From: an uncultured Quadrisphaera sp.
Lineage (GTDB): Bacteria > Actinomycetota > Actinomycetes > Actinomycetales > Quadrisphaeraceae
DNA: 42,586 bases
Reading direction: 5' to 3'
Assembly (NCBI GenBank): GCA_902806005.1
Contig: CADCUY010000466.1
Coordinates: forward strand, 1 to 42,586
Numbering within the stretch: position 1 is the stretch's first letter; the number at the start of each line of letters is the position of its first letter. Below are positions 39,417 to 42,586 of the stretch, piece after piece. The notes under the pieces are model-generated. The model was not told the DNA's origin, made no database searches, and worked only from the letters and a program-made list of their open reading frames with translations. The translations under genes were made by a program, and so were the position numbers.

Positions 39417-40936
39417 GCGGTCGCCCCGGTCCCCGCGAGGTGCCGGCTCTCCTCGGCGGCGCGCGCGTCGGGGGAGGCGGTGGTGCGGGGGAGCAGCAGC
39501 ATGAGGCCGGCGGCCAGCAGGTACAGGGCGACCCCGGCGGGGAGCACGGCCGCGAAGGCCCGGGCGTGGGCCTCCAGCGTCGGGGCACCGCCGGCGGTGG
39601 CGTCCAGGGCGGCGAAGAAGACGCTGCCGAGGACGGCGACGCCGGCGGCGCCACCGACCTGGACGACCGTGGACAGCGCCCCGCCCGCCGCGCCGGCGTC
39701 CCGGCCCGGCACCCCGGCCAGGACGACGTCGACGAGGATCGGCGCGGCGAGCCCGAGCCCCAGCCCGCCGACGAGCAGCGCTGCGGCGAGGGGCCAGTAG
39801 CCGGGGTCCTGGCCGCCGCGCACCGCCAGCCACACCAGGGCCTGGGACGTCGCCAGCAGCAGCGACCCGGTCACCAGCAGGGCCCGGCCCGCCCGCGCAG
39901 CCAGGGCCACGCCCAGCCCGGACGTGAGGAGGGAGCCGAGCGCGTAGGGCAGGAAGACCAGGCCGGTCTGCCACGCGGTGCGCCCGGTGCCGGCCTGGAG
40001 GTAGATCGACAGGGTGAGGAAGAACGCCCCGATCGCGCCGAACAGGCACAGCGAGGCCGCCAGGCCGGCGCTGACGCTGCGGAGGCGCAGCAGCGCGGGG
40101 TCGAGCACCGGCTGCCCGCCGCGTCGGGCCAGGGAGCGCTCGTGGGCCACGAACGCCGCCAGCACCAGCGCGCCGGCCGCGATGACGGCGAGCGACCACC
40201 ACGGCCAGCCCCACTCACGGCCCTGCACCAGGGGCAGCAGCACCAGGAGCACGCCCAGGGCCGACAGCGCCGCACCCGGCAGGTCCAGGCCCGCCGGGCG
40301 CCGGCTGGTGGCCGCCGGCAGCACCCGCGTCCCGACCACCAGCGCGAGCGCCGCGACGGGCAGGTTCACCCAGAAGATCGCCCGCCAGCCCAGCCCGAGC
40401 AGGTCGGCGTCGACGAGGAACCCGCCCAGCAGGGGGCCGGCGACCGCCGCGAGGCCCTGCACGGCCCCGTAGGCGCCGAAGGCCCTGGCCCGGCCCGCGG
40501 GGTCGAAGGAGGCGCGGATGACGCCGAAGACCTGCGGGACCATCAGCCCGGCGGCCAGGCCCTGCGCCACCCGGGCCCCGATCAGCGCCTGCGGACTGCC
40601 CGCCAGCGCGCACGCCGCGGACGCGACCGCGAAGGCGGCCAGGCTGGCCAGGAACACCCGGCGGTGCCCGCGCTCGTCGCCGATCCGGCCGCCCGTGACC
40701 AGGCCGGAGCCCAGCGCGAGGACGTACGCGGCCAGCACCCACTGCAGCTGGGACTGGCTGGCCCCGAGGTCGGCGGCGATGGCCGGGGCAGCCACCACGA
40801 CGATCGTGGCGTCGAGCAGGTCCATGAACGAGGCGGAGAGCACCACCAGGAGGGCGGCACCGGCGACCCGGCCGGTCACCGCGGGGCGCTCCTGGGTGCT
40901 GCCGGTGGGGACGACGGGTGGTGTCGAGGAGGTCAT
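39413..40936 (-). CDS. MFS transporter, DHA2 (EmrB/QacA-like, about 14 TMS) drug:H+ antiporter family
   Basis: The C-terminal 507 aa of ORF 39413..41779 carry SFMDLLDATIVVVAAPAIAADLG and LVTGGRIGDERGHRRVF (motif A-like). No Shine-Dalgarno precedes the ATG at 40936. Confidence 0.92.
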   Translation of the reverse strand: MTSSTPPVVPTGSTQERPAVTGRVAGAALLVVLSASFMDLLDATIVVVAAPAIAADLGASQSQLQWVLAAYVLALGSGLVTGGRIGDERGHRRVFLASLAAFAVASAACALAGSPQALIGARVAQGLAAGLMVPQVFGVIRASFDPAGRARAFGAYGAVQGLAAVAGPLLGGFLVDADLLGLGWRAIFWVNLPVAALALVVGTRVLPAATSRRPAGLDLPGAALSALGVLLVLLPLVQGREWGWPWWSLAVIAAGALVLAAFVAHERSLARRGGQPVLDPALLRLRSVSAGLAASLCLFGAIGAFFLTLSIYLQAGTGRTAWQTGLVFLPYALGSLLTSGLGVALAARAGRALLVTGSLLLATSQALVWLAVRGGQDPGYWPLAAALLVGGLGLGLAAPILVDVVLAGVPGRDAGAAGGALSTVVQVGGAAGVAVLGSVFFAALDATAGGAPTLEAHARAFAAVLPAGVALYLLAAGLMLLLPRTTASPDARAAEESRHLAGTGATA

Positions 40937-40999
40937 GCCCACGACCGTGGCACCGGGTGCGGACACGGGATGTCCGCTGTGCGGAGGAGGATCACGTCC

Positions 41000-42058
41000 G
41001 TGGCCGCGTCGTCCTCCCGCCTGCTGACCCTGCTGTCCCTGCTCGGCGCCCGCGCGACCTGGCCCGGGGAGGAGCTGGCCGACCGGCTCGCGGTCAGCAC
41101 CCGCACCCTGCGCCGCGACGTCGAGGCCCTGCGCGAGCTCGGCTACCCCGTGCACGCGGTCAAGGGCGCCGACGGTGGCTACCGGCTCGGGGCCGGCGGC
41201 AGGCTCCCGCCGTTGGTGCTGGACGACGGGCAGGCCGTCGCTGTCGCGGTCGCCCTGCAGACCGCGCCGAGCAGCGTCGCCGGCATCGACGACGGCGTCG
41301 CCCGGGCGCTGACCGCCATCACGCAGGTCATGCCCGCCCCCCTGCGCGCCGAGGTCGAGGCGATGCACCTGACCGCCATCCGCAACGCGTGGGAGTTCGC
41401 CGCCCCGCCCATCGACCCGGCCACCCTGAGAGCCGTCGGCTTCGCGGTGCGCGCCAGCCACCTGCTGCGCTTCGACCACCTCACCCCCGACGGACGGCGG
41501 CCGGACCCCGGGGACCCCGACTTCGCGCCCCCGCTGCGCGTCGAGCCGCACCACCTGGTGATGTGGGCCGGTCGCTGGTACCTCGTCGCCCGCACGCCCA
41601 CGGCCTCCGGTCCCGTTCCGGCCAGCGCGCCCGGCGCCAGCGGCCCCACCGCCCCGCCCGGCCCCGGGTGGGCGATCTACCGCGTCGACCGCATCCACCC
41701 GCTCGGCCCCACCGGCACCCCGTTCCAGCGCCGCGACCTCACCCCTGCGCAGGCGGCCCGCTACGTGATGACCAGCCACGACCGCGGCGACACCCCCGCC
41801 CGCTGGCAGTGCCTGGGGTCAGCCCTGATGGACCTGCCCCCCGAGGTCGTCGCCCGGTGGGCACCGGGCGGCTCCGTCGTCGAGCACGTCAGCCCCACCC
41901 AGACCCGCATCACCCTGGGAGCGTGGTCCTGGGCGGGCATCGCCGGGCTGCTGGCCACCTTCGACGCCGACCTCACCGCCGTCGAGCCCGAGGAGCTCAG
42001 GGCCGCGTGCCGCACCCTGGCCGAGCGCTACCAGCGGGCCGGCAGCCCGAGAGCCTGA
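41000..42058 (+). CDS. WYL-domain transcriptional regulator (YafY-like: HTH plus WYL)
   Basis: RLLTLLSLLGARATWPGEELADRLAVSTRTLRRDVEALRELGYPV, GADGGYRL, and RWYLVAR...YRVDRI. GGAGGAGGA lies 9 nt upstream of the GTG at 41000; ATG at 40970 is the alternative. Confidence 0.88.
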   Translation: MAASSSRLLTLLSLLGARATWPGEELADRLAVSTRTLRRDVEALRELGYPVHAVKGADGGYRLGAGGRLPPLVLDDGQAVAVAVALQTAPSSVAGIDDGVARALTAITQVMPAPLRAEVEAMHLTAIRNAWEFAAPPIDPATLRAVGFAVRASHLLRFDHLTPDGRRPDPGDPDFAPPLRVEPHHLVMWAGRWYLVARTPTASGPVPASAPGASGPTAPPGPGWAIYRVDRIHPLGPTGTPFQRRDLTPAQAARYVMTSHDRGDTPARWQCLGSALMDLPPEVVARWAPGGSVVEHVSPTQTRITLGAWSWAGIAGLLATFDADLTAVEPEELRAACRTLAERYQRAGSPRA

Positions 42059-42165
42059 CGCAGCCCGGCCAGGGGCCGGCGTCAGTCCCCGCGCTCGCCC
42101 GGGTCGCCGCGCCAGCCCCTCGGGTCATCAGCACGGGCGGTCTTCGTGCGTGAGGATGGTGGGAG

Positions 42166-42186
42166 GCCGTCGCTCCGAGCGACGGC
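42166..42186. other. Perfect hairpin GCCGTCGCT-ccg-AGCGACGGC in the unassigned right-end region
   Basis: Read directly from the sequence: 9-bp stem and 3-nt loop, with no adjacent gene that I can support. Confidence 0.4.
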
Positions 42187-42586
42187 TGGTAGACGCCTGC
42201 TCGACCGCGCGACGTCCGTCCCCGACAGGCCGGCGAGTCCCGCTGGCCGTCCGGTCACCGCCAGGAGCAGGTCGGCGGTGCCGCCTCGCAGGCTGCGGGT
42301 CGATCACGAGCTGAGGTGCTCGGCGACGGTCAACCCGGCGGGTTCCTGCTGCGGCCTTGGTGGTCCCTGCGGTGCTGGTCGGAGGCTCGGGTGTCCTGGC
42401 GCTGTCGGGGATGGCGATCCTGCGGCCACGGCCCTTCTGGCCACGGGGTGGCGGCCACCGTGGGTGCAGGGACCGGTCGGTGCTCTGGTGGCGGGGGCGA
42501 GCAGTGGGGTCCTGAGCGTCCTCGCCGCGGCCAGCGGGCCTCCGGCCGCCGGCGGAGCGCACCGAGCCCGCTGCACGGCGCGTCGA

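Noticed and set aside
42059-42586. ORFs 42128..42562 - and 42304..42576 -, plus hydrophobic-looking plus-strand stretches near the right edge.
   Set aside because: The minus-strand products are Arg/Pro-rich. The plus-strand hydrophobic segments switch frame, lack a supportable start, and have mixed third-position composition. No gene is called; only the hairpin at 42166..42186 is recorded.

Overview
Very GC-rich, Actinomycetota-type chromosomal DNA (GC and third-position GC judged by eye only). I count about 42 intact-looking protein genes. I found no rRNA, tRNA, CRISPR array, transposase, integrase or phage gene. About 18 genes are oxidoreductases: SDRs, MDR/zinc dehydrogenases, an LLM flavin oxidoreductase, an FAD monooxygenase, an aldehyde dehydrogenase, two FDOR/DDN-like deazaflavin enzymes and two COG2085 Fno-like reductases. 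Most sit beside their own one-component regulator (4 TetR, 3 MmyB-like XRE, 2 MarR, 1 WYL). Other genes are an ABC-2 exporter with a HisKA_3 kinase at the left edge, a membrane GGDEF cyclase, a Tat-signal epoxide hydrolase, a NAD kinase, a GNAT, a DHA2-type MFS pump and two alpha/beta hydrolases. Several divergent promoter regions carry clear AT-enriched palindromic operators, listed with coordinates. I do not see a discrete new defence or mobile system. Three things merit a second look. (1) An apparent F420/NADPH redox network with duplicated modules. (2) Many gene remnants: an orphan 76-nt copy of a gene 3' end, a multi-frameshift ORF, UvrA-like, PncA-like and SDR N-terminal stubs, a catalytically dead SDR without a canonical start, and a frameshifted GNAT. 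(3) Unusually long gene-free spacers. All family names come from motif recognition by eye, not from database searches.
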